A stretch of DNA of 64,000 nucleotides from Myxococcota bacterium (GTDB taxonomy: Bacteria > Myxococcota_A > UBA9160 > JAFDDA01): contig OZ245817.1 of assembly GCA_965228475.1 (NCBI GenBank), positions 1,696,001-1,760,000 of the forward strand, in the 5' to 3' direction. The translations under genes and the position numbers were made by a program. The notes under the pieces are model-generated. The model was not told where the DNA came from. It did not search any database and worked only from the letters and a program-made list of their open reading frames with translations. Shown piece after piece: positions 47,622-56,315 of the stretch. Position 1 is the first letter of the stretch. Each line of letters starts with the position of its first letter.

Positions 47622-48328
47622 CCCAGGTCTGCGTTGATCTCTGCGAGTTCCGGGCGGAGCTCGAGCCGCTCGATCAGGTCTTCCGTCGTGAAGTCCGCAC
47701 TCCCGAACTCCGCGTAGACCGCCTGGGCGAACCGGAGGTCGTCCGGGAGGTCGACGCACAGCCGCCAGCCGGGCCGGGGGCCGTGGCCTTCGGGCGCCGG
47801 GGCGACGGCCAGCTTGAACGCGTCCGGGTGGTGCTCTGCGAGCAGCGCCAGGTGTTCCCGCTCCTCCCGCGTGGCGTGGCCGGTGTGGAAGCGGTCGAGG
47901 ACGCGCCGGGAGAAGGGGTCGATCCCGATGTGCAGGGTCGGCCGGTCGAAGGTGGCGTAGTCGCCGTCCTGGTCGACGAGCGCGCGGGCCAGGCGGCCGA
48001 CGGCTTCCGGACAGACGAAAGGGCAGTCTCCGGTCACCCGGATCAGGTGGTCGAGGCGCCAGGCGTCGGCGCAGGCGACGAAGCGCCCGAGGACGTCGTC
48101 GACGTCGTCGGCCCGCAGGCAGGGCACCGAGAGTTCGTGGCAGAGCGCCTCGACGGCGTGGTCGCGCGGATCGGTGCTCGTCGCCACCGCGACCTGATCG
48201 ACGTGGTCCGCCCGCGCGAGCCGTTCGAGGATGCGTTCGAGCATCGGCCGGCCCGCGAGCTCGGCGAGCACCTTGCCGGGCAGACGTCGGCTTCCCATTC
48301 GGACCTGTACGACGACACCGGTTCTCAT
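47618..48328 (-). CDS. pseF: SpsF/PseF-like nonulosonate cytidylyltransferase
   Basis: QVRMGSRRLPGKVL, VATS, DDVLGRF, RVTGDCP, REH, RLCVD..DD. Confidence 0.8.
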   Translation of the reverse strand: MRTGVVVQVRMGSRRLPGKVLAELAGRPMLERILERLARADHVDQVAVATSTDPRDHAVEALCHELSVPCLRADDVDDVLGRFVACADAWRLDHLIRVTGDCPFVCPEAVGRLARALVDQDGDYATFDRPTLHIGIDPFSRRVLDRFHTGHATREEREHLALLAEHHPDAFKLAVAPAPEGHGPRPGWRLCVDLPDDLRFAQAVYAEFGSADFTTEDLIERLELRPELAEINADLG

Positions 48329-49416
48329 CGGGCCTCCCCAGCGCTTCCGGCCACGCCTTCCCGGCACGGGAGACGCGTCCGGCCTCCGGTCTCGTCATCG
48401 GCACGAAGCGTGCGGGACAGGAGGAGATCGAGGATCCGGGCCGCTCCACGGCCGTCTCCGAGCAACGCCTTCGCCCGGGCCGCGCTCGACTCCCGGAAGG
48501 CCGCGTCGAGGAGGCTTCCTTCGAGCAGGGCTCCGACGGCGTCCGGGTCGAGGGATCCGCCGTATCCGCCCGCGACCCCGACGCCGCGCGCCTCGAGGCG
48601 GTGGGCATGGGGGACGTCGGATGCGTGGTGGGTGAAGCTCACGAAGGGGACGCCGAGCCAGGCGAGCTCCTGGGCGGTCGTCCCGAAGCCGATCACGGCC
48701 GCCGCCGCGCGGCGCGCGAGGGCGACGAAGTCGGCGCGGGGCAGGGCGCGGTGCACGGTGAAGCCGGCCTCGCGCGCGCGCTCGGCAACGGCGTCGGGCC
48801 GGGCGAAGGAGGGCCCGACGACGGCGTGCAGCGCCGGCGCCGAGGCTCCGCGCCAGCGGCCGGCCGCCTGCGCGACGGGTTCGAGGAGCCGTTCGGTCAG
48901 GCCGAGGGGGTCGGCTCCGCCGAGCGAGAGCAGGAAGACGTCGCGTTCATGGTTCGCAGCAAGCGGTGCGGCGCGAACCGCCTCCGGAACGATGCACCAG
49001 TCGGCGCCGGCTCGAATGCGAGGATGTTCCGTTGGCGCGGCGTGGAGGACGGGCAGGACGGTCGCATCCGCCACATCGGCGAGATCCGTTCGGTCGAGGA
49101 CCAGCGTTGGCCAGCCCGCCTCGGCCAGGGCGATGACGTCCTCACGGCATGCGTCGCGGGTATCGAAGAGGGCGGCGCGGGGCTTCGCGTCGGTCGCGCC
49201 GATCAGATCGGCGCCGCGGTCCCACGGCCGGCACGGAACGCCCGGCAGCTCGCTCTTCACCCACGCGCGGCCGCTCTCGTCCCCGCGCAGCGCGACGCTG
49301 GCGCGCAGGCCGCGGGCCAGGGCTTCGCGCACGAGCTCCGCGCTCCGCATCACGTGTCCGAGGCCGGTCTCCCGCCCCCCGGACACGACGAAGAGGAGCT
49401 CGGGCCCGCTCGTCAC
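48325..49416 (-). CDS. pseG: PseG/SpsG-like UDP-sugar hydrolase
   Basis: GLGHVMRS, SLGGADP, VVGP, FGTTAQEL, G.GA.RI. Confidence 0.75.
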   Translation of the reverse strand: MTSGPELLFVVSGGRETGLGHVMRSAELVREALARGLRASVALRGDESGRAWVKSELPGVPCRPWDRGADLIGATDAKPRAALFDTRDACREDVIALAEAGWPTLVLDRTDLADVADATVLPVLHAAPTEHPRIRAGADWCIVPEAVRAAPLAANHERDVFLLSLGGADPLGLTERLLEPVAQAAGRWRGASAPALHAVVGPSFARPDAVAERAREAGFTVHRALPRADFVALARRAAAAVIGFGTTAQELAWLGVPFVSFTHHASDVPHAHRLEARGVGVAGGYGGSLDPDAVGALLEGSLLDAAFRESSAARAKALLGDGRGAARILDLLLSRTLRADDETGGRTRLPCREGVAGSAGEAR

Positions 49417-50375
49417 AAGCTTGCCCCGAGCGACCGGCGCGTGGCCCGAAGCGGGCGCAGGCCATCCCCCGGGTCGGCTCGCCAGGCCCGCTCCGCTCGC
49501 TCCGAGGGGGCGGCCGACTTCTCACCGCTGCCGTCCGCGGCGCGGCCGCAGCGGACCTGGCGGATCAGCTCTTCCATGGCCTCGGGCAGCCAGCAGTGCC
49601 CCGCGGAGAACTCTTCCCCTTCGCCTTCGAGGTCGAGGTGGAACTCGACCATCTCGGCACCGTGGGCGTGGACCGCGCGGTGGATCACGCCGGGCTCGAG
49701 GCTGTGGTCGCTCCAGCCGACGCGGAAGCGCCCGGCCCCGGGCGCCAGGCGTCGCAGCGTATCGATGGCCGAGAGGTTCGCTTCGTCCGCGGGCATGGGA
49801 TAGGTCGACACGCAGTGGAGGACGGTCAGGTCCTCGGCTCCGGCCGCGGTGGCGACTTCGATGGCGTGGGCGACCTCCGCGTGGTCCGCCATGCCGGTCG
49901 AGAGCACGAGCGGCAGGCCCGTGGCGGCGCAGGCGGCGATCAGTCCGTCCCAGAGAAGCTCGTAGGAGGCGACCTTGTAGAAGTCGACGTGGGGTTCGAG
50001 CTCCTCAACGGCGCGCAGGTCGAAGGGCGTGCAGCCGAAGCCGATGCCGAGCTCGCGCGAGCGCTCCGCCAGCGGGGCCAGGAAGTCGACGGGCAGTTCC
50101 CAGCGCTCGCGCTCGCGATGCTCCGGGCTTCGCGCCAGGACCTCCGGGGCGAAGAGCTCCCCCACCCGGAAGAGCTGGAACTTGACCGCGTCGCAGCCGA
50201 TCGCCGCGGAGCGTTCGACGAAGGCCAGACAGCGCTCGAAGTCGCGGTGGTGGTTGCTCGAGACCTCGGCCACGAAGCTCGGGGTGCGCCGGCTCCAGTC
50301 TGCGGGGTTCTCCGCCCGGAAGCTTCTGCCCGAGGCGGCCTCCGGCGCGTTTCGTGCTGCAACGTTGCGTTTCAT
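49413..50375 (-). CDS. pseI: NeuB/PseI-family nonulosonic acid synthase lacking the C-terminal SAF domain
   Basis: FVAEVSSNH, AVKFQ, TPFD, KVASYE, LSTGMA, LHCVS.YP, GWSDH, EFH; start uncertain. Confidence 0.85.
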   Translation of the reverse strand: MKRNVAARNAPEAASGRSFRAENPADWSRRTPSFVAEVSSNHHRDFERCLAFVERSAAIGCDAVKFQLFRVGELFAPEVLARSPEHRERERWELPVDFLAPLAERSRELGIGFGCTPFDLRAVEELEPHVDFYKVASYELLWDGLIAACAATGLPLVLSTGMADHAEVAHAIEVATAAGAEDLTVLHCVSTYPMPADEANLSAIDTLRRLAPGAGRFRVGWSDHSLEPGVIHRAVHAHGAEMVEFHLDLEGEGEEFSAGHCWLPEAMEELIRQVRCGRAADGSGEKSAAPSERAERAWRADPGDGLRPLRATRRSLGASL

Positions 50376-50449
50376 CTTGAAACCCCACCCGGAAGGTTCT
50401 TCCCGTTCGAGGAGCCATCGCGGCCCCTCGAAGCCCGAAAGCTCGAATG

Positions 50450-50465
50450 TGCAAGAGGCATGCCC
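50450..50465 (-). promoter_or_regulatory. sigma54 promoter of pseI-pseG-pseF
   Basis: Minus strand GGGCAT-GCCTC-TTGCA. Confidence 0.65.
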
Positions 50466-50497
50466 CGTTTCCGGCCCCGGGGCCGGATCTCGGGGGT

Positions 50498-50513
50498 TGG
50501 CATGACGCTTGCT
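50498..50513 (+). promoter_or_regulatory. sigma54 promoter of the hypothetical-PilZ-TPR-activator operon
   Basis: TGGCAT-GACGC-TTGCT. Confidence 0.8.
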
Positions 50514-50586
50514 CATTCCTTCGCCCGGGGGAGCCGCGCGGCCCGGCACCGGGCTCGACGCCGCCGGACCTCCACAGGGGGGAAGC

Positions 50587-51192
50587 ATGATCTGCATTCG
50601 ACACAACGGAGTGGAGCGGAAGACCGCGGGGGACGGCATGGCCAGCCTCGCGGATCTCGTCCGCTGGAGCTGCGGGGAGGCCGGGCTCTGCGAGGAGATC
50701 GTGGTCGACTGCCGGGTGAACGGCATGCCCCTCGACGAAGAGCGCATGGCCGCCCTCGATGCCGTGCCGATCGATCAGCTGGCCGAGGTCGAGCTCGAGA
50801 CCCGGGCACCGCGCACCATCGCGCTGTCGAGCCTGTCGAGCTCGCGCGAGTACACCGACCGCGTGCGCGAGGCGCTCGGGCGGACCGCCGGGCTGCTCCG
50901 CGAGGGCCAGGTCGAAGCGGCCAACCAGCTCTACGCCGACGCGATCGATGCGCTCTCGGTGCTCGTCTACGCGATCAGCACCGCCGGGCAGCAGCTCGGC
51001 GAGGAAGCGTCGCCCCTCCATCACATCGAGGCGGAGGTCCAGCCCTGGCTCGGGGAGCTCGTCGACGCCCAGTCCACCCGCGATTGGGTTCGGGTGGCGG
51101 ACTACCTCGAGTACGAGATGGAGCCGATCCTCGCGGATTGGGCCCGCCGCATCGACGGCGTGCGCAGCGGCTGCGAGGCGGATCATGTCTGA
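50587..51192 (+). CDS. Conserved-looking hypothetical protein (flagellar-locus associated)
   Basis: ATG after GGGGG; helical body ending DWVRVADYLEYEMEP; follows a sigma54 promoter. Confidence 0.7.
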   Translation: MICIRHNGVERKTAGDGMASLADLVRWSCGEAGLCEEIVVDCRVNGMPLDEERMAALDAVPIDQLAEVELETRAPRTIALSSLSSSREYTDRVREALGRTAGLLREGQVEAANQLYADAIDALSVLVYAISTAGQQLGEEASPLHHIEAEVQPWLGELVDAQSTRDWVRVADYLEYEMEPILADWARRIDGVRSGCEADHV

Positions 51193-51724
51193 GGCGACGC
51201 CCGCGGCTTCGTCGCGCAGCCGATCCCCTTCGAACCGGCGCCGCGCGTTCCGCGTCCGGACGCATCTCCCGATCCGCATCCGGCCGCTCACTGCCGGAGA
51301 ACTCACCCGGGAGGAGCGGGACTTCGGCGCGCGCGAGGCGATGCCCGTTCCGCGCGACCCGGCCGTCGCGGTCTGGCTCCGGCGCATCGAGGCCAAGCTC
51401 GATCGACTCTGCGCGGAGGTGATCCCGGGTTCGGCCGCGGTCGAGCTGCCGCCCGGACCTGCCGAGCGGCGCGAGGTGGACCTGTCCTCCGTGGGCGTGC
51501 GGTTCGCGGGAGACGGAACGCTTCGCGAGGGCGCCGACGTGCTCGTCGAATGCCTGGTACCCGGCGACCTGCCGCGCCCGATCCGCATGCTCGCGCGCGT
51601 CGCGCGGGTCAGCGGCTCGGGTACGGAGGAGCGGGTCGCGCTCGATTTCCGCCGCATCACCGGCCCGGACCAGGACGCTCTCGTCCGCTTCACCCAGGAC
51701 GTCCAGCGGTGCGCATCGTTCTAG
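51185..51724 (+). CDS. PilZ-domain c-di-GMP receptor
   Basis: NRRRAFR (RxxxR) and DLSSVG (DxSxxG) motifs. Confidence 0.8.
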   Translation: MSEATPAASSRSRSPSNRRRAFRVRTHLPIRIRPLTAGELTREERDFGAREAMPVPRDPAVAVWLRRIEAKLDRLCAEVIPGSAAVELPPGPAERREVDLSSVGVRFAGDGTLREGADVLVECLVPGDLPRPIRMLARVARVSGSGTEERVALDFRRITGPDQDALVRFTQDVQRCASF

Positions 51725-53790
51725 GCAGGGCGGCCCGGCTCGCGGTCTTCCTCGTGGCCTTCGTTGCGACGGCGGCGGGGTCCGTGCTGCAGGCTTCGGC
51801 CATGCCGTCGCCCTACCGCGTCGTGCGGATCGGTGCGCTCAAGACGCCGCCGCTCGACGCCTACGGCTTCTGCGTTCCGGGCGACGTCGACCCGGACCTG
51901 CGCCAGGTCGCCGAGACCGCGGCCAGCAGCGGCGCCGAGGCGGCGGCCTCGAGCCTCGAGGCGCTCTCGGAAACGCCGGGCTTCGACCCGGAGGGAATCA
52001 CCCTGGTGCGCGCCGGTCTGGCGGCGCGCCTCGCAACGGACGGGCGCAGCCAGCGCGAGGCCCGCGAAGGCCTGCGCCTGGCGATGGCCGCGGGCGGGCC
52101 GCCCGGCGCGATCGCCTGCGCACGGCTCGAATCCGCCCGCCTCGAGATCCACTCCGCGCGCTATCCGGAAGGCGCGGCCCAGGCCGCCCTGGCCCTCGCC
52201 ATGCGGAGTCAGATCGCGGATCCGGTCCCGATCGGCGACGCCGCCTCGTTCTACCGCGCCGAAGCGCTCTACCTGGCAGGCCACCTCGACCGGGCCGCCG
52301 AGCAGTACCGCCGCCTGGCCGCCACGCCGCGCGTCCGGACGGCCGCCGCCGCACGCCTGCGTCTCGCCGACGTCCGCTTCGACGGCGGGGACACCCTCGG
52401 CGCGCGCGGGGACTACGAGGCGTTGCTCGCGAAGGCCGAGGTCTTCGGTGCGAGCGTCGACGGCTGGGCGCTGCGGGCGGCCGAGACCGCCTTCACCGCC
52501 GAAGACGTCGCGGCCGCCGCGAACTGGCTCCAGCGGTTCCTGTTGGCCGACGTGGATCGGGACGTCCGGGGCCTCGCGGAAATCCGCCTGGCCGACGCCT
52601 ACGCCGCCGGCGGCGACGCCAAGGCGAGCCGTGAGGCGCTCGAGCGCGTGATCGAGGCCCACGGGGAGAACGCGATCGGCCTGCTGGCCGAGGTGCGCGG
52701 CTTCGATCTCGGCGTGACGAACGTGCCGTCCGAGCAGCAGGCCGAGCGGCTCGCCGTCGCGGGTCGGCATCCCACCCTCGGTCTCTCCCTCTACGCGCGC
52801 GCCGCGCTCGGGCGGCTCCTGCGCGATCGCCACGAGATCGACGCCGCCCTCGAGGTGCTGACGGCCCTCAGCTACGAGTCGCCGCCGCTCGAACTGGCGC
52901 CGACGCTCAGCGAGGACATCGATGCCGTGATGGCGCTGGCCGCCTCGACGGTCCGGGGCGAAGACGGCTGCATGGCCTTCGTCGAGCGCGCCGGGGCGCA
53001 CAGCGCATCGCTCTCGCGAAGTGCCGGGAACCCGGAGCCGTTCCAGACGCTCGCCTCGTGCTACGAGCACCTCCGGCTCCCGTCGCTGGCCCTGAAGGTG
53101 CATCGGGAGCTCATCCGCGCCTTCGGCTCGGAGCTCGGTGAGGAGGCCGCACTTCCCGTCGCCCGCGCGGCCTTCGCCACCGGCGACGTGAGCCTCGCGC
53201 GGACCGCGGCCGTCGCCGGCGTACGGCGCGGCGGCGAACGCCGGGATGCCTGGGCACTCCTGCTCGGCGAAGCCGAGCGCGTCGAAGGGCGCCTCGATGC
53301 GGCGGCCGAACAGCTCCTGCCGCTCGTCGAGGCGGGCAAGCCCGAGGCCGACCCGGTGGCCGCGATCCTCGCCTTGGCGCGCACGGCCGTGAAGCGCAAA
53401 GCCGCGGACGACGGACGGACCCCGCTCTCGGCAGCACTCGACCGGCTCGATGCGGCGCAGCGGCTGGCCGGCGGCGAGCGGCTCGGTGAGGCCGCCAAGC
53501 TCACCGCCGAACTCTTCCGCAAGCGCGGCGAGGCTGGACGCGCCGCCGAGCTCTACCAGCTGGCCCTCGACCGCCTCGCCGACGGCGTGCAGCGCGCCGA
53601 ATCCGCCTATTGGCTCGGCGCGCTCACCGAGGACGAAGCGGTGCGGACCGATGCCTGGCGCATCGCGGCGGAGATGAAGGAAGGCGGATCCTGGAGCCGG
53701 CTCGCGCGCAGCGAGGAGGCGCTCCGTCCGCTCCGGCAGAAGGTCGGCGGGGGCGAAGGGCCGCCCGCCAGCGCGGAGGGGGGACGATGA
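51709..53790 (+). CDS. Large exported/anchored TPR-repeat protein
   Basis: Hydrophobic N-terminus; TPR-like helices (FYRAEALYLAG, RLADVRF, RLADAY). Confidence 0.7.
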   Translation: MRIVLGRAARLAVFLVAFVATAAGSVLQASAMPSPYRVVRIGALKTPPLDAYGFCVPGDVDPDLRQVAETAASSGAEAAASSLEALSETPGFDPEGITLVRAGLAARLATDGRSQREAREGLRLAMAAGGPPGAIACARLESARLEIHSARYPEGAAQAALALAMRSQIADPVPIGDAASFYRAEALYLAGHLDRAAEQYRRLAATPRVRTAAAARLRLADVRFDGGDTLGARGDYEALLAKAEVFGASVDGWALRAAETAFTAEDVAAAANWLQRFLLADVDRDVRGLAEIRLADAYAAGGDAKASREALERVIEAHGENAIGLLAEVRGFDLGVTNVPSEQQAERLAVAGRHPTLGLSLYARAALGRLLRDRHEIDAALEVLTALSYESPPLELAPTLSEDIDAVMALAASTVRGEDGCMAFVERAGAHSASLSRSAGNPEPFQTLASCYEHLRLPSLALKVHRELIRAFGSELGEEAALPVARAAFATGDVSLARTAAVAGVRRGGERRDAWALLLGEAERVEGRLDAAAEQLLPLVEAGKPEADPVAAILALARTAVKRKAADDGRTPLSAALDRLDAAQRLAGGERLGEAAKLTAELFRKRGEAGRAAELYQLALDRLADGVQRAESAYWLGALTEDEAVRTDAWRIAAEMKEGGSWSRLARSEEALRPLRQKVGGGEGPPASAEGGR

Positions 53791-54461
53791 CCGCTTCGCG
53801 TGGAAGTCGCCCCGAACACGCCGGCGCCGAGCCGCCGGAGCGCAGCGTCGTGGCGGCCGCCCGCGTGGTCGGTCTGCGCACACCGCTCTCGAGGATCCGC
53901 CTCGTGGCCGATCGGCTCCGCGACCCGGCCGGCGCCGGTCTCGCGCAGCAAGCTTCGAGCCTCGACGACGCCGTCGACGCGGTCGATCGTGGGATCCAGG
54001 AGATCCTGGCCGTCCTGGTGCCGCCTCGGGCCCTGGGGCGCTCGGTCGAGGTCGGCGATTTCCTCGCGACGCTTCGCGGCCGGACGGCGCCCTCGCTCCG
54101 TGCGCGCGGCATCGAGTGGTTGGAAGAAGGCGGCGAAGCGCCGGGCATCGAAGCTCCCGCGAGCCTGATCCACGAAGCCGCCGTGGCCCTCGTCCGCGAT
54201 GCGGCGGCGGCGGGGGACGCGGGATCGCAGTTCCGCCTGCGCGGGGTGACCGCCGGACCCGAATCCTGGGGGCTCGAACTCAGCGTCGAACCGCCGCTCG
54301 CCTGCGCGGAAGAGGAGCCCTTCGACGTCACCGCCGAGTGGGCCCTCCGCCAGGGCGCGACCCTCGAAGTGCACGCCGCCGGCGCCACCGTCTGGCTCGG
54401 GGGGGCCGAACCGAATCCCGCGTTCCGCGGCGGAGGGGAGGGCGCATGCCCCGCCTCCTGA
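53787..54461 (+). CDS. Degenerate histidine-kinase-like protein (no phospho-His, eroded ATP boxes)
   Basis: VVGLRTPLSRI in place of HELRTPL; ALVRDA in place of NL..NA; no DxGxG or GxGL; coupled to the downstream activator. Confidence 0.55.
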   Translation: MTASRGSRPEHAGAEPPERSVVAAARVVGLRTPLSRIRLVADRLRDPAGAGLAQQASSLDDAVDAVDRGIQEILAVLVPPRALGRSVEVGDFLATLRGRTAPSLRARGIEWLEEGGEAPGIEAPASLIHEAAVALVRDAAAAGDAGSQFRLRGVTAGPESWGLELSVEPPLACAEEEPFDVTAEWALRQGATLEVHAAGATVWLGGAEPNPAFRGGGEGACPAS

Positions 54462-55723
54462 TCCTCGAACGGGACGAGCGGCTGCGGGCAGAGTTCCGAC
54501 GGGTCGCCGGCGAGTGCGGTTGGGAGGCCGCCGAGCTGCCCGCGCGCGCCGCGGAGGCCCTGGAGCCGAGCGACCTCCCGGCGTTCGACGTCGCCCTCGT
54601 CACCGTCGAGGACCATCGGGATCTCGAGACGATCGACGTCCTGCGGCGGGAAGCGCCGTCCTCCTCGGTCCTGGCGGCCGGCGCTTCGCCGGGGCTCGAC
54701 GTGGCGATCGCGGCGATGAAGCGCGGCGCGCGCGACTTCCTGCGCAAGCCCTTCGGTGCCGGCCGGCTCGCGTCGGCCCTGGCCGCGGCGCTGCCCGAGC
54801 GGCCCCGCGCCGACGCCGAGCCCCTGCTGACGCGAGATCCGGGCATGGAGCGCGTCCTCCGCCAGATCGACGCCGCCGCGGCGACCGAAGCCACGGTGCA
54901 GATCGTCGGGGAAAGCGGGACCGGCAAGGATCTCCTGGCCCGGCGACTCCACCGGCGCAGCGCCCGGCGCGAGGCCCCCTTCGTCGTGGTGAACTGTGCG
55001 GCGCTCCCGAGCACCCTCGCCGAGAGCGAGCTGTTCGGCCACGAAGCCGGCGCCTTCACGGGCGCTCGGGAGGCTCGCCTGGGCCAGTTCACGAGCGCCG
55101 ACGGCGGAACCGTCCTGCTCGACGAAGTGAGCGAGCTCTCCCTGGAACTCCAGCCGAAGCTCCTGCGCGTGCTCCAGGAGAGAGAGGTGCAGCCCGTCGG
55201 CGCGCTCAGTCCGAAGCCCGTCGACGTGCGGGTCGTGGCGACGAGTCAGCGCCCCCTCGCCGCGGAGTCCGCCGCGGGCCGCTTCCGCGAGGATCTCCAC
55301 TACCGCCTCGACGTGATCGTGCTCCAGGTGCCGGCCCTGCGGGAGCGCCCCGAAGACATCCTCTTCCTGGCGGAGCACTTCCTCGAGCGCTTCGCCGAGG
55401 CCAACCGCTGCGCCGCGCCGCGCCTGACGGACGCCGCACGCCGCGCCCTGCGCCGCCACCCCTTCCGCGGGAACGTGCGCGAGCTCGAGAACCGGATGCG
55501 GCGGGCCGTCGTGCTCCATCCCGGCGCCGCGCTCGCGCCCGAGCAGGTCCTCCCCGAAGCGGAGGTCGAGAAGCCGAGCGGCTTCAACCTCCGGGAGGTC
55601 GAACGTCAGGTGATCGCCCGATCCCTCGCCGAGACCGGCGGCAACCGGACGCGCGCTTCGCAGCTCCTCGGCATCAGCGTCCGAACCCTTCGCAACAAGC
55701 TGAAGCTCTACGAGCTCGCCTAG
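54446..55723 (+). CDS. sigma54-dependent activator with atypical receiver domain (FlrC/FleR position)
   Basis: GESGTGKD, ELFGHEAGAFTGA, LLDE, GNVRELEN, HTH; REC reads DVALVT at the phospho-Asp position. Confidence 0.9.
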   Translation: MPRLLILERDERLRAEFRRVAGECGWEAAELPARAAEALEPSDLPAFDVALVTVEDHRDLETIDVLRREAPSSSVLAAGASPGLDVAIAAMKRGARDFLRKPFGAGRLASALAAALPERPRADAEPLLTRDPGMERVLRQIDAAAATEATVQIVGESGTGKDLLARRLHRRSARREAPFVVVNCAALPSTLAESELFGHEAGAFTGAREARLGQFTSADGGTVLLDEVSELSLELQPKLLRVLQEREVQPVGALSPKPVDVRVVATSQRPLAAESAAGRFREDLHYRLDVIVLQVPALRERPEDILFLAEHFLERFAEANRCAAPRLTDAARRALRRHPFRGNVRELENRMRRAVVLHPGAALAPEQVLPEAEVEKPSGFNLREVERQVIARSLAETGGNRTRASQLLGISVRTLRNKLKLYELA

Positions 55724-55825
55724 GACGCACGAAGGCGACCCGGCAGATCTTTCCCATGCCCCGTTTCAAGCTGAAGCATCGACCCCCCAGGCGTTCCGGA
55801 ACGGGCGCCAGAGGCCGCAACCGGC

Positions 55826-55841
55826 TGGCACGTCCCTTGCT
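55826..55841 (+). promoter_or_regulatory. sigma54 promoter of the flgB operon
   Basis: TGGCAC-GTCCC-TTGCT. Confidence 0.88.
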
Positions 55842-55878
55842 CTTGAGAAGCACGGGCGCTCCCCTGCCCGGAGGAACG

Positions 55879-56262
55879 ATGAAGATCTACACCGACGCCT
55901 TGCGCGAGCTCGAATCCGCTCTCCGGTTCCGGACGGCGCGGCAGGGTGTGCTCGCCGGCAACATCGCCAACGTCGATACGCCTCGCTATCGCGCGCGCGA
56001 CATCTCCTTCGAGACGATCCTCGGCCACCAGCAGCTGCAGATGACGGGGACCGACGGCCGGCATCTCGCCGCCGGCGCGGCCCACGATCCGACGCCGCGC
56101 CTCGTCCTCGGCCCGAAGGGTGATGGCCCGGACGGCAACGGCGTCTCTCTCGACGACGAACTGATTCGCATGTCCCGCAACGCCGGGGCGTACCAGGACC
56201 AGGCGGACATCCTCTCCCGGATGCTCGGCCTCATGCGCTCCGCCATCGCGGGGGAGGGCTAG
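55879..56262 (+). CDS. flgB: Proximal rod protein FlgB
   Basis: RQGVLAGNIANVDTPRYRARD, DGNGVSLD. Confidence 0.92.
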   Translation: MKIYTDALRELESALRFRTARQGVLAGNIANVDTPRYRARDISFETILGHQQLQMTGTDGRHLAAGAAHDPTPRLVLGPKGDGPDGNGVSLDDELIRMSRNAGAYQDQADILSRMLGLMRSAIAGEG

Positions 56263-56315
56263 TCCCGTGGAGTTCCGTGCCATGAACCTCGAAACCGCAG
56301 GAAGGGCCTAGCGCC

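Noticed and set aside
46004..50185. 1393-aa plus-strand ORF, and similar giants (530-3697, 45522-48608, 19549-22080, 7063-9390)
   Set aside because: Arg/Pro/Gly-rich shadow frames overlapping well-supported genes; expected in very GC-rich DNA with few stops
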